DNA of 64,000 bases from Eledone cirrhosa (GCA_964016885.1 OZ024744.1:93000001-93064000); one strand, 5' to 3'; counted from the stretch's first letter, positions 13,601-26,725 are shown. The notes: generated by a model from the sequence alone, not told the origin. Numbers and translations: made by a program.

Positions 13601-16600
13601 AAATCTAATACTGTGTAGTTCTAAATCTAGTATTGTGTAGTTTTAAATCTAATACTGTGTAGTTCTAAATCTAATACTGTGTAGTTCTAAATCTAATACT
13701 GTGTAGTTCTAAATCTAATATTGTGTAGTTCTAAATCTAATACTGTGTAGTTCTAAATCTAATACTATGTAGTTCTAAATCTAATACTATGTAGTTCTAA
13801 ATCTAATATTGTGTAGTTCTAAATCTAATATTGTGTAGTTCTAAATATAATACTGTGGAGTACTAAATCTAATACTGTGTAGTTCTAAATCTAATACTGT
13901 GTAGTTCTAAATCTAGTATTGTGTAGTTTTAAATCTAATACTGTGTAGTTCTAAATCTAATATTGTGTAGTTCTAAATCTAATACTATGTAGTTCTAAAT
14001 CTAATACTGTGCAGTTCTAAATCTAATATTGTGTAGTTCTAAATCTAATACTATGTAGTTCTAAATATAATACTGTGTAGTTCTAAATCTAATACTGTGT
14101 AGTTCTAAATCTAATACTGTGGAGTACTAAATCTAATACTGTGTAGTTCTAAATCTAATACTATGTAGTTCTAAATCTAATACTGTGTAGTTCTAAATCT
14201 AATACTGTGTAGTTCTAAATCTAATACTGTGGAGTACTAAATCTAAAACTGTGTAGTTCTAAATCTAATATTGTGTAGTTATAAATCTAATACTGTGTAG
14301 TTCTAAATCTAATACTGTGGGGTACTAAATCTAATACTGTGTAGTTCTAAATCTAATACTGTGTAGTTCTAAATCTAGTATTGTGTAGTTTTAAATCTAA
14401 TACTGTGTAGTTCTAAATCTAATACTGTGTAGTTCTAAATCTAATATTGTGTAGTTCTAAATCTAATACTGTGTAGTTCTAAATCTAATACTATGTAGTT
14501 CTAAATCTAATACTATGTAGTTCTAAATCTAATATTGTGTTGTTCTAAATCTAATATTGTGTAGATCTAAATCTAATACTGTGCAGTTCTAAATCTAATA
14601 CTGTGTAGTTCTAAATCTAATACTATGTAGTTCTAAATCTAATACTGTGTAGTTCTAAATCTAATACTGTGTAGTTCTAAATCTAATACTATGTAGTTCT
14701 AAATCTAATACTGTGTAGTTCTAAATCTAATACTGTGTAGTTCTAAATCTAATACTGTGGAGTACTAAATCTAATACTGTGTAGTTCTAAATCTAATATT
14801 GTGTAGTTCTAAATCTAATACTGTGTAGTTCTAAATCTAATACTGTGGAGTACTAAATCTAATACTGTGTAGTTCTAAATCTAATACTGTGTAGTTCTAA
14901 ATCTAGTATTGTGTAGTTTTAAATCTAATACTGTGTAGTTCTAAATCTAATATTGTGTAGTTCTAAATCTAATACTGTGTAGTTCTAAATCTAATACTAT
15001 GTAGTTCTAAATCTAATACTATGTAGTTCTAAATCTAATATTGTGTAGTTCTAAATCTAATATTGTGTAGATCTAAATCTAATACTGTGCAGTTCTAAAT
15101 CTAATACTGTGTGGTTCTAAATCTAATACTGTGTAGTTCTAAATCTAATACTGTGTAGTTCTAAATCTAATACTGTGTAGTTCTAAATCTAATACTATGT
15201 AGTTCTAAATCTAATACTGTGTAGTTCTAAATCTAATATTGTGTAGTTCTAAATCTAATACTGTGTAGTTCTAAATCTAATACTGTGGAGTACTATTCTA
15301 ATACTGTGTAGTTCTAAATCTAATACTGTGTAGTTCTAAATCTAGTATTGTGTAGTTTTAAATCTAATATTGTGTAGTTCTAAATCTAATACTGTGTAGT
15401 TCTAAATCTAATATTGTGTAGTTCTAAATCTAATACTGTGTAGTTCTAAATCTAATACTGTGTAGTTCTAAATCTAATATTGTGTAGTTCTAAATCTAAT
15501 ATTGTGTAATCCTAAATCTATTATTGTGTAGTTCTAAATCTAATACTGTGTAGTTCTAAATCTAATACTATGTAGTTCTAAATCTATTATTGTGTAGTTC
15601 TAAATCTAATACTGTGTAGTTCTAAATCTAATACTATGTAGTTCTAAATCTAATACTATGTAGTTCTAAATCTATTATTGTGTAGTTCTAAATCTAATAT
15701 TGTGTAGATCTAAATCTAATACTGTGTAGTTCTAAATCTAATACTGTGTAGTTCTAAATCTAATACTATGTAGTTCTAAATCTAATATTGTGTAGTTATA
15801 AATCTAATACTGTGTAGTTCTAAATCTAATACTATGTAGTTCTAAATCTAATACAGTGTAGTTCTAAATCTAATACTGTGTAGTTCTAAATCTAATACTG
15901 TGGAGTACTAAATCTAATACTGTGTAGTTCTAAATCTAGTATTGTGTAGTTTTAAATCTAATACTGTGTAGTTCTAAATCTAATACTGTGTAGCTCTAAA
16001 TCTAATACTGTGTAGTTCTAAATCTAATATTGTATAGTTCTAAATCTAATATTGCGTAGTTCTAAATCTAATACTGTGTAGTTCTAAATCTAATATTGTG
16101 TAGTTCTAAATCTAATATTGTGTAGTTCTAAATCTAATACTGTGTAGTTCTAAATCTAATATTGTGTAGTTCTAAATTTAATACTGTGTAGTACTAAATC
16201 TAATACTGTGTAGTGCAAAATCTAATATTGTGTAGTTCTAAATCTAATACTGTGTAGTTCTAAATCTAATACTGTATAGTTCTAAATCTAATACTGTGTA
16301 GTTCTAAAGCAAATGCTGTATAGTTCTAAATCTAATACTGTGTAGTTCTAAGTCTAACATTGTGTAGTTCTAAATCTAATACTGTGTAGTACTAAATCTA
16401 ATACTGTGTAGTGCAAAATCTAATACTGTGTAGTTATAAATCTAATACTGTGTAGTTCTAAATCTAATACTATGTAGTTCTAAATCTAATACTGTGTAGT
16501 TCTAAATCTAATACTGTGTAGTTCTAAATCTAATATTGTGTAGTTCTAAATCTAATACTGTGTAGTCCTAAATCTAATATTGTGTAGTTCTAAATCTAAT

Positions 16601-17348
16601 ACTGTGTAGTTCTAAATCTAATACTGTGTAGTTCTAAATCTAATATTGTGTAGTTCTAAATCTAATACTGTGTAGTTCTGAATCTAATACTGTGTAGTTC
16701 TAAGTCTAATATTGTGTAGTTCTAAATCTAATACTGTGTAGTTCTAAATCTAATACTGTGTTGTTCTATATCTAATACTGTGTAGTTCTAAATCAAATGC
16801 TGTGTAGTTCTAAATATAATACTGTGTAGTTCTAAATCTAATATTGTGTAGTTCTAAATCTAATACTGTGTAGTTCTAAATCTAATACTGTGTTTTTCTA
16901 AATCTAATACTGTGTAGTTCTAAATCAAATGCTGTGTAGTTCTAAATCTAATATTGTGTAGTTCTAAATCTAATATTGTGTAGTTCTAAATCTAGTATTG
17001 TGTAGTTCTAAATCTAATACTGTGTAGTACTAAATCTAATACTGTGTAGTGCAAAATCTAATATTGTGTAGTTCTAAATCTAATACTGTGTAGTTCTAAA
17101 TCTAATACTGTATAGTTCTAAATCTAATACTGTGTAGTTCTAAATCAAATGCTGTGTAGTTCTAAATCTAATATTGTGTAGTTCTAAATCTAATACTGTG
17201 TAGTTCTAAATCTAATACTGTGTAGTGCAAAATCTAATATTGTGTAGTTCTAAATGTAATACTGTATAGTTCTAAATCTAATACTGTGTAGTTCTAAATC
17301 TAATACTGTGTAGTACTAAATCTAATACTGTGTAGTTCTAAATCTAAT
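10637..17348. repeat. 22-bp satellite (ctaaatctaatactgtgtagtt), about 300 copies, with a 1716-bp internal duplication
   Basis: Direct periodicity; rare variants recur at +1716 (ttctta 11595/13311; gtggggtact 12601/14317). Confidence 0.97.
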
Positions 17349-17551
17349 TTTATGCAGTAAGTTTACATGTTTGTCTCAAATAGATTATATCACTCTTACA
17401 TGGTAAATGATAGATAAATGACTTAAAACATTTATAGAATGTTAAAAATAACCATTACATTACATTACAAACGTTTCTCACACTCAGAAAATATCAAACA
17501 CTGTGTCATGGCAACTGCTACAAAGATATGTATACGTTGTTGTAATATATA

Positions 17552-17885
17552 TCATCATCATCATCATCATTTTACGTCCGCTTTTCCCTGTTTGCAATGG
17601 TGAGACGGGAACTGATTCTGGCTTGATTTCTACAGCTGGATGCTCTTCCTAACACCAACCTCATTTACAGTGAGTGGTGGGTGCTTTTTTTCCGTCGCAC
17701 CTCCACGTCCACTTCGCAGTGGAATGATAGGGACCCCAGTCCCTACCATCTCATTTCTACAGCTGAGTAAACTGGAGCAATGTGAAATAAAGTGTCTTTC
17801 TCAAGGAAACAACACATCACCCGGTCTGAGAATTGAACTCACTACCTTTCGATTGCAAGGCCAATGCTCTAACCACTAAGCCATG
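17552..17885 (-). mobile_element. CORE-like SINE family 1
   Basis: Collinear with 3333-3660; (CAT)n tail on + strand. Confidence 0.85.
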
Positions 17886-18017
17886 TTTACAAACACACCG
17901 GGCATTATAATAAATGTTCAGTGAATCCATATGTACATATATATATGTGCGCATGTATGTATATATATATACATACTACTGTACGTCTGTATACATATAT
18001 GTATGTACGTATACATA

Positions 18018-18052
<35 letters not shown>
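17884..18052. mobile_element. Fragment of hammerhead-element family D ending in (TA)n
   Basis: Matches 41582-41722 (tgtttacaaacacaccg...catactta). Confidence 0.75.
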
Positions 18053-18057
<5 letters not shown>

Positions 18058-18241
18058 AAGAATGAAGAATGACATGGTCAACAGTACAAAAAGGGTTTTA
18101 TTTACAGTATTAACAATTGTTTCATTGATTAAGTTGTCTAAAAATTGTTAATCACTTGAAGTTGTGTCACTCAATTTTAAATACAATGTATACTTAACCA
18201 AATCACCAGAAAAACTGATTAAAATTATACACGGCATTTGT

Positions 18242-18242
<1 letters not shown>

Positions 18243-18277
<35 letters not shown>

Positions 18278-19645
18278 TTTACGTCCGCTCTTGCCTGCTT
18301 GCAAGGGTGGGACGGGTCTTATTCAGTACAGCATCTCTCCACTCGTCACGGTCCTTCGTCATCTCCACCGTGAGCTTCAATGATTTGAGGTCTGTTCTCA
18401 CCACCTCCGCCCATGTTTTTTGTGGTCTACCTCTAGCACGTCTTCCTTCACTGGCATTTCCTGGCACTTCTTCACCCATCGGTCATCCTCCATGCGTATC
18501 ACATGTCCATACCACCTCAGTCTCCTCTCCCGTACACTACATTCTATCCCTCTCAGACACAGTCTCTCTCTCAACACATTCATGCTGGGTCGTTCATGCA
18601 CATTGACACTGCACATCCAACAGAGCATGCTTGCCTCATTTCGCTCCAACCGTCGCATATCCTCTGCAGTTGCTGCCCATGTCTCACTACCATGCAGCAT
18701 CGCGCTCCTCACACAGGCATCATATAACCGACCTTTCGTACGCAAGGAGAAACCCTTCTTCGTCAGCTCCCTAAACTTCTTCCAACCCGTCCTTATTCTA
18801 GATACTATGGCCTCAGAACACTCGCCCTCCCATGCTAATCTGATCTTCAAGGTACCGGAAGCTATCCACCACTACTATAGCACCCGCCTGCATTTGAAAA
18901 ATGTGTCTATCAATGCAACTTCTACTGTCTAATTTCCCTGTACATCTACTGCATACGTATTTCTCCCTACCTGTTAGTTTGCCTGCTATCCCGCTAAATC
19001 TCTTGTGTACCCAGGATCTGCATTGTGTGCATTTTATAGAATTTATGCCAGTTCCTTTTCTGCATATCGAACATGGCCAGTTCCTTTTCTGCATATCGAA
19101 CATGGCCATTTCCCTGACGGAATCAGAGTTTTGTCCTCTTTTCTACTCATCAACACTTTTGTCTTAGCTAGGTTCACTCTCAGTCCTCTTGCTTCCAACT
19201 GCTGTTTCCATAGCAAGAATTTATTCTCTAGCTCCTCTACTGATTCTGCTATAAGAACCAGATCGTCAGCATAGAGAAGTTCCCATGGACAGCTAGTCTT
19301 AAACTCCTCTGTTATGGCTTCGAGGACTATAATGAACAAGAGCGGGCTAAGGACCGAACCCTGATGTACACCTACTTGTATCTGGAATTCCTCACTAAAC
19401 TCCATTCCTACCCTGACTTTACTGACAGTACCTCTGTACATAGTTTGCACTTTCCTCACAAGCCATTCCTCAACACCTAGTTTCCTTAGGGACCACCAGA
19501 TGACAGATCGGGGTACCCTATCAAAGGCCTTCTCTAGGTCAACAAAGGCTAAGTATAGTGGCTTATTTTTCTCTAAGAACCTCTCTTGCAATTGTCTCAC
19601 CAAGAAGAGGGCTTCTGTTGTACTCTTCCCAGGCACAAAACCAAA
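18243..19645 (-). mobile_element. RTE LINE, 5'-truncated, with RT and embedded PHD finger, (ATG)n tail
   Basis: FVDLEKAFD, GVHQGSVLSPLLF, LYADD, GLRVNLAKTK; RLRWYGHVIRM; GRRARGRPQKTW; 29-bp tandem duplication at about 19051-19108 shifts the frame. Confidence 0.93.
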
Positions 19646-20124
19646 TATATATACAAGGAAAATTCAAATTACAACATCAGTAATAAAGAAAGAAAAAGAC
19701 AAAAAGAAAAAGAGAGAGAGAAAAAGAAAGTAGAATAAAGAAAAGAGAAAAAAGGAAAAAGATAAAGAAAAAGAAAAAGAAAAAATAATAAGTAAATAAT
19801 AATAAATAAGTTAGAATGAAGATGATAAAAAATAAATAAATAAATTTTATATGTGTGCGAAGAAGTTGTGGTATTGGTGGTTAAAATATAAAGATGTGAT
19901 GGTATAAACATGAAAATATTAAATATATACATATATGTATTGGTTAAATTAATAAATTAATAAATTGGAAGTTAAGTTAGAAGTGAAGAATAAATTTAGG
20001 GAAAGAGAGTGAAAGAGAGAAAAGTTAGGAGGCTATGATGTTGATTCATTGATTAGTTGATTTATTGACAGTTAATAATAACAACAATGGGTTATTATAA
20101 TAGACTCAGGTGGTACAATTTGAA

Positions 20125-20575
20125 TTATGGAATTGTTGGGTCGAATAAAGTTGGTTTGAAATTAGCGAATTTAGTAGCTGCTTTATGCCTACAGAAAATT
20201 AACCGTTCAATTTTGCTGTTAAGCAGCATTTTCTCATATTTTAAAATATGGAGCAACTCCATATTGCAAAGTCCGCAGTGGGACATTCCATTTTTGTAGG
20301 CCTTTGCCTCTGACAGTTTCGACCAGCTAATCCAGTATTCTTGGTTTGTATCTTTAAGCTGCCAGATTTTATTGGTGAGCATTGTTGTGTTCATTAGTCT
20401 ACGGTTCTTTATAGAGTGTCTGTGGACGTACCATCCTTTTTTGAACTCACCTGTCGTAGAACCTATGTAGTGCCATGCTAAGTTGCCTGAATTTATAGTA
20501 CACAGGTACACTATATTTGACTCCAGGCATCTATTTTGTAGTGGGCACTTACTAAGTGACAGTTACATTTTGAGG
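20125..20575 (-). pseudogene. GIY-YIG endonuclease domain of a Penelope-like element
   Basis: KCNCH/fs/KCPLQNRCLESNIVYLC...HYIGSTTGEFKK...H...WSKLSEAKAY...CGLCNME...LLNSKIE...CRH. Confidence 0.85.
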
Positions 20576-21279
20576 CTTATATATATATATGTAGTTCTAA
20601 AATTTTCTTAAAATAAACCATATCAAAGAATCAAGGCATCTTTCTTTACTTGAGACTTGAGACGCAACAGATGTCTTAATATCTTCATCTTTATCCCAAC
20701 TGAAGCCTGAATTATCTAATCGTTGCCTAATCAAAATACAGGACTGATGATACCCTTAAAGCCAACTGGGCAGTTTCCAAGAGGCCCAAACCTCAAAGAG
20801 ATGTATGACAGAACTTTAACCCTTTCATTACCATGTTTGAAATGAAATATATTACCTATAATTTTATGAAGTAACTTAAGATGTTTGTGTTAAATATTAC
20901 ATATCACCCTTACATGATAAATGATGATTAAATGACTTAAAACTTTCATAAAATGTTAAAAATAGCCTCATTACATTACATATTATAAATGTTTCTCAGA
21001 TTCAGAGAATTTCAAACACTGGGACATGGCAACAACTGCCTCAAAGATATGTTGTTCTAAAATTTCCTTAGAATAATCCTGGTAAAAATTTAGAACCTAG
21101 AAGCATATAATCAGTAAAGAAGAATACAAGATAACATTATTGAGGCAATTATGTGACTACGGAGAATATAGTCACAGACACTGCATTTTCTTCAAGTACC
21201 ATACTTAGAAAATTATCAGTAGACAACTTTTATATTACATATGAACTAAAACAGAACTTGACCAAAGATACATATAGAC

Positions 21280-22055
<776 letters not shown>

Positions 22056-22522
22056 GTGAATTTTTTATTCATTTTATACCATATAATTTTGGAATGACAG
22101 TGTTATTGGTTACAGGTTTCTAACAAGCCAATCACAGGTCCATTGTATTTCTGATGCTGTATGTAACAAGGTATTGTTGCCTCACCAGTTTTCAGTTTCT
22201 TACTGATTAAACACACACACACATACACACACACACACACACACATACGCACATACATACTCACACACACATATATGTATATATATATATATATCATCAT
22301 CATCCACGCTAGCATGGGTTAGATACATACATACATTTATATATATATGTATATATATATATATATATATATAGATTTTGAGTTTATGTTGGTTGTATAC
22401 CAACACCTCAGTATGCAGGTTGGAGCACTCGGCGAAGTGCGCAGGTTGGTTTGGTTACTCCGGAGTTGTGTAAAATAAAGTTAAATAAAAAGTCAAATGA
22501 TTAAAATTTAGCTTCGTTTATT

Positions 22523-22577
22523 ACTGCTATATATATTTCAGTGACAGCCATCTTTGGCTGTGACCTCTTCAGGCAGT
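22523..22577 (-). ncRNA. Minimal type-I hammerhead ribozyme (mirror copy)
   Basis: Reverse complement reads actgc-CTGAAGA-ggtcacagcca-aaga-tggctgtcact-GAAA-tatata-TA-gcagt. Confidence 0.8.
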
Positions 22578-22830
22578 TTGAATTAGTATGGTATAGACAA
22601 GTACATGTGTTGTTTAGGTGTATAATATTGTCAATACTCTGATATGCCCAGTTCTTGGTTGGTTGTTAATTCACTGAGGAACTGGAATCATATGAATTCG
22701 TTTGTTTGAATTCATATGATTCCAGTTCCACAGTGAAATAACAACCCAACCAGGAACTGGGCATATCAGAGTATTGACAATATTATACACCGCAACAACA
22801 TATGTACTTGTCTATACCATACTAATTCAA

Positions 22831-22885
22831 ACTGCCTGAAGAGGTCACAGCTAAAGATGGCTGTCACTGAAATATATATAGCAGT
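22831..22885 (+). ncRNA. Minimal type-I hammerhead ribozyme, intact core
   Basis: actgc-CTGAAGA-ggtcacagc/gctgtcact-GAAA-tatata-TA-gcagt: perfect 5-bp stem I and palindromic stem III. Confidence 0.8.
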
Positions 22886-22957
22886 AATAAACGAAGCTAA
22901 ATTTTAATCATTTGACTTTTTATTTAACTTTATTTTATATATATATATATATATATA

Positions 22958-23096
<139 letters not shown>

Positions 23097-23124
23097 GTAT
23101 GTATGTATGCAAAAGTAATAACAG

Positions 23125-23530
23125 AAATAACAAAACAAACAGCACAGTACATGGAAAAAATATATTAGTTTAACGCTTGAAATAGCAGGAAGAGAGTTTC
23201 AACGTTTCAGACACTAGTCCTTCATAAGAAGATAGAGTTAGAAATAGAAGATAAATAGAAAGTGAAAAGTAAAGAGTGATGAAAGAAAGGAACAGGGAAA
23301 ATGAGAAAAAAATTGGGGAGGAAAATAAAATACACACATGCATGTTCAGTCGACCATATATGTTTATGCAAAAATCAAACAGAACTAACAAAGCAAACGA
23401 CACAGTACAATCAAGAAATATATTAGTTTAATGCTTGATATAGTAAGAAATGAGTCTTAACGTCGTTTTGGACACTAGTCCTTCATCGACAGATAGAATG
23501 AGAAATTAAAGATGATTGAGGATGAGAAGA
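23125..23530 (-). repeat. Diverged tandem dimer (period about 258 bp), each unit with a decayed hammerhead (family E)
   Basis: tatattagtttaa at 23161 and 23419; reverse-complement motifs cttatga-aggac-tagt-gtct-gaaacgtt and tcgatga-aggac-tagt-gtcc-aaaacg. Confidence 0.55.
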
Positions 23531-24349
23531 GGAAGGAAAGGTAAAAGAATTTAAAATAAATCTCATTTAGTCATTCCACGAAAGTATCTGGTCAGCCTAT
23601 GAACTTTTCAGCCTATGAATCGTTCAGCCGACCCTTGTATATCAACTTTGGCCTGACCAGAAAGAAAAGGGACTCGACGGCTGTGAGCGATGAAGATTAG
23701 ACATGGGGAACCAAAAGTGAATAAAATACAAATGGATGACATTAAAATGAGAATGTTTATACAAAGCTGCTTCGTGTACCACATACACAGTTTTAATAGT
23801 TTCCTGTCTTTAGAAAATTGTCTTACCTAAAACGCAGGAACAATAGTTCACTTGGCGAATTATTCACAATTATGTGACTTCAAGCTAATTTTCCTGATTA
23901 CCTTTCTCTTCATACACCCTACCAATCAACCAACCAACCAATCAACCAGCCAACCAATCAACCAACCAACCAACCAATCAACCAACCAGCCAACTAACCA
24001 AAAGCTTCTATCTATATATTACTAAAAGTCTGTGATTGCTTGCTTGTTTGCTTGTCTGTCTGTAATGTAATATAGCCAAAAGGGTGCATAATGGGAAAAT
24101 ACTTTGAAAGGAAGTTGCCCCTGAAATGGGAATACAAATGGAATAAGTTTTGTGTAAATCGAAGCACGGATACCCGAGATATGGGGTTTTCTGTGTACTT
24201 TCATACAGAGAGAGAGAGAGAGAGAGAAGGATAGAGAGAAAGAGATAGTGGTTGTGAGAGAGTAGATTGAAAGGGAGACATAGAGAGCGCGGGAGAGGAG
24301 GTAGAGAAGGAGAATGAGAGTGAGAGAGAGAGAGAGCTGGTGGTGTTGT

Positions 24350-24399
<50 letters not shown>

Positions 24400-24494
24400 G
24401 GTGTGTGTGTGTGTCTATGACCAGTGTTTAGAGATCACAGACACCCACATATATATATACACACACATACATATATATATGTATATATATATAC

Positions 24495-24907
24495 TATATT
24501 AACAAATGGAAACTATATTTATAAAACCATATTTATTTCATTATACATATTTCAAGGACACCAAAGCAAATTATGGTGCGCTTTCATCAGATAAAATATA
24601 ATATAGATCAGTTTTATAAACAAATATTGACATACTCTTAAAGAATGCGACCATGTCGTTGGAAGCTCCCGGATATGTCAATATTTGTTTATAAAACTGA
24701 TCTATATTATATTTTATCTGATGAAAGCACACCATAATTTAACTTGGTGTCCTTGAAATATGTATAATGAAATAAATATGGTTTTATAAATATAGTTTCC
24801 ATTTGTTAATATATTGTATTTTTACTCTAAAAATTTGTTGAGTGCTTTATATCAGTTATAAAAATATTTGCTTGCTGTATCCCAACAAATTAAATATAAC
24901 TTCTACA
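24495..24907 (+). mobile_element. Fold-back hammerhead element (family A) in (TA)n: arms 24495-24634 / 24674-24813 plus 3' extension
   Basis: 140-bp inverted arms; hammerheads at 24710-24774 (+) tattttat-CTGATGA-aag...ctt-GAAA-tatgta-TA-atgaaata and 24534-24598 (-). Confidence 0.82.
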
Positions 24908-25731
24908 TATATATATATATATATATGTATACAAACACACACATTTATATATATATACACACACATATATATATGGGCCTTCCAGTTTCATTTCACATTA
25001 TATACATGTCTGTATATATTTTAATTATTTAAAAATTGTTTTTAAGTGAACGTGATTATTTTTTAAATATTTTGAAGTGAATGTGACCCAACGGGTCAAG
25101 GGGGGTGTCTAGTTTCTACTAAATTTCAAACTTCACTTGCTGTTTCTAAACAAACTTACTTATAAATAATATAAATAAATAAATAAAATAAATAAGATAA
25201 ATAAATAAAATACATAAATTAAATAAATAAATAGATAAATAAATAAAATAAATAAATAAAATAAAATAAATAAAATAAATGCAATAAATAAATAAAATAA
25301 AATAAATAAATAAAATAAAATAAAATAGAATAAATATATAAATAAATTAAATAAATTAAATAATAAATTTAAAAAATAATTTAATAATTTATTAATTAAA
25401 TAATTAATAAGTAAATAAACTTCCACACATCAGAGAATGTCCCTGGCCCCCCACAAACATGCCATCCAGACCCACATCATTGGGGTAGTAACCAAGTTAT
25501 TACAGTACTAAAAATAAATTTTTTCTTTTCTTTTATTTATATTTTCTCTTATTTTGAATAAATAAAAAATTAAATAAATAAATTAATTAAATAAATTAAA
25601 TAAATTAATAAAATAAATAAAAAATATATTAAAAAAAAAAAATAAAATAAAATAAATTAATAAAATAAATAAATTAATATATAAAAAGAAAAAAAGAAAA
25701 GAAAAGAAATTGGTAAATAAAATAAATAAAT

Positions 25732-26052
25732 ATCATCATCATCATTTTACGTCCGCTTTTCCCTGCTTGCAAGGGTGGGACGAGTCCTATTCAGTACAGC
25801 ATCTCTCCATTCGTCACGGTCTTCGGCATCTCTTCCGTGAACTTCAGCGATCTGAGGTCTGCTCTTACCACCTCCGCCCATGTTTTTCATGGTCTTCCTC
25901 TACTGTGTCTTCCTTCTACTGGGATTTCTTGGCACTTCTTTACCCAGCGCATCACATGTCCATACCATCACAGTCTTCTCTCCCACTCTACAACTCTTAT
26001 ACACAGCTCTTATACACAGTTTCTCTCTCAACTCGTCCATGCTTGGTTGTTC
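25732..26052 (-). mobile_element. RTE LINE 3' fragment
   Basis: Collinear with 18243-18600 with deletions. Confidence 0.8.
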
Positions 26053-26117
26053 ACACACACACACACACACACATACATACAATGCCAAAACAATTATGAA
26101 TTATAAATATATAAAAA

Positions 26118-26188
26118 GCATCGGTGGTTCAGTGGTAGAATGCTCGCCTGCCACGCGGGCGGCCCGGGTTCGATTCCCGCCCAATGCA
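26118..26188 (+). tRNA. tRNA-Gly(GCC), possibly a pseudogene
   Basis: GCATCGGTGGTTCAGTGGTAGAATGCTCGCCTGCCACGCGGGCGGCCCGGGTTCGATTCCCGCCCAATGCA; intact A/B boxes and GCC anticodon; C:A mismatch in acceptor stem and C:C in T stem; TTTT shortly downstream. Confidence 0.85.
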
Positions 26189-26435
26189 TTAATGCATTTT
26201 GGGGAATTTGCTTGTTATTTATAGTAGACCCAAAGTCATGTTGGAGCACCCTTCCTTATTTTTCAAGGGTGGTGCCCCAGCATGGCCTCAGCCGGATGGC
26301 TGGAACAGGTAAAAGAGTAAAAGAGTAAAAAGAAAAAATTAAATTAAATAAATCGATAAATGAAATAAATAAATATATAAAAAGAAGAAATAAATAAACT
26401 AAATTAATAAAATAAATAAATATATAAAATATATC

Positions 26436-26725
26436 AATTCTCAGACTGGGTGATGTGTTGTTTCCTTGAGCAAGACACTTTATTTCACATTGCTCCAGTT
26501 TACTCAGCTGTAGAAATGAGATGATAGGGACTGGGATCCCTATCATTCCACTGCAAAGTGGTCGTGGAGGTGCCACGGCAAAAAAGCACCCAGCACTCAC
26601 TGTAAATGAGGTTGGTGTTAGGAAGGGCATCCAGCTGTAGAAATCAAGCCAGCATCAGTTTCCGTCCCACCCTTGCAAGCAGGGAAAAGGGGACGTAAAA
26701 TGAAATGAATGAATGAATGAATGAA
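26436..26725 (+). mobile_element. CORE-like SINE family 1, 5'-truncated, (GAAT)n tail
   Basis: Collinear with 45505-45790. Confidence 0.85.

Larger units (their letters stand above)
18055..20578 (-). mobile_element. Penelope-like element (family B, Naiad-like endonuclease), 5'-truncated, interrupted by an RTE LINE
   Basis: GIY-YIG C-terminus at 20575-20125, 3'UTR 20125-19650, resuming at 18240-18055 with decayed hammerhead CTGGTGA...GAAA-caattg (18105-18217). Confidence 0.78.
22375..22937. mobile_element. Fold-back hammerhead element (family C) in (TA)n: inverted arms 22471-22699 / 22708-22937 plus unique tail 22375-22470
   Basis: Arms are reverse complements around an 8-nt loop; each arm carries a hammerhead; (TA)n on both flanks. 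Confidence 0.85.

Noticed and set aside
10637-17348. CRISPR-like array
   Set aside because: No unique spacers and no cas genes; pure tandem satellite in eukaryotic DNA (same for the 48-, 85- and 89-bp arrays)
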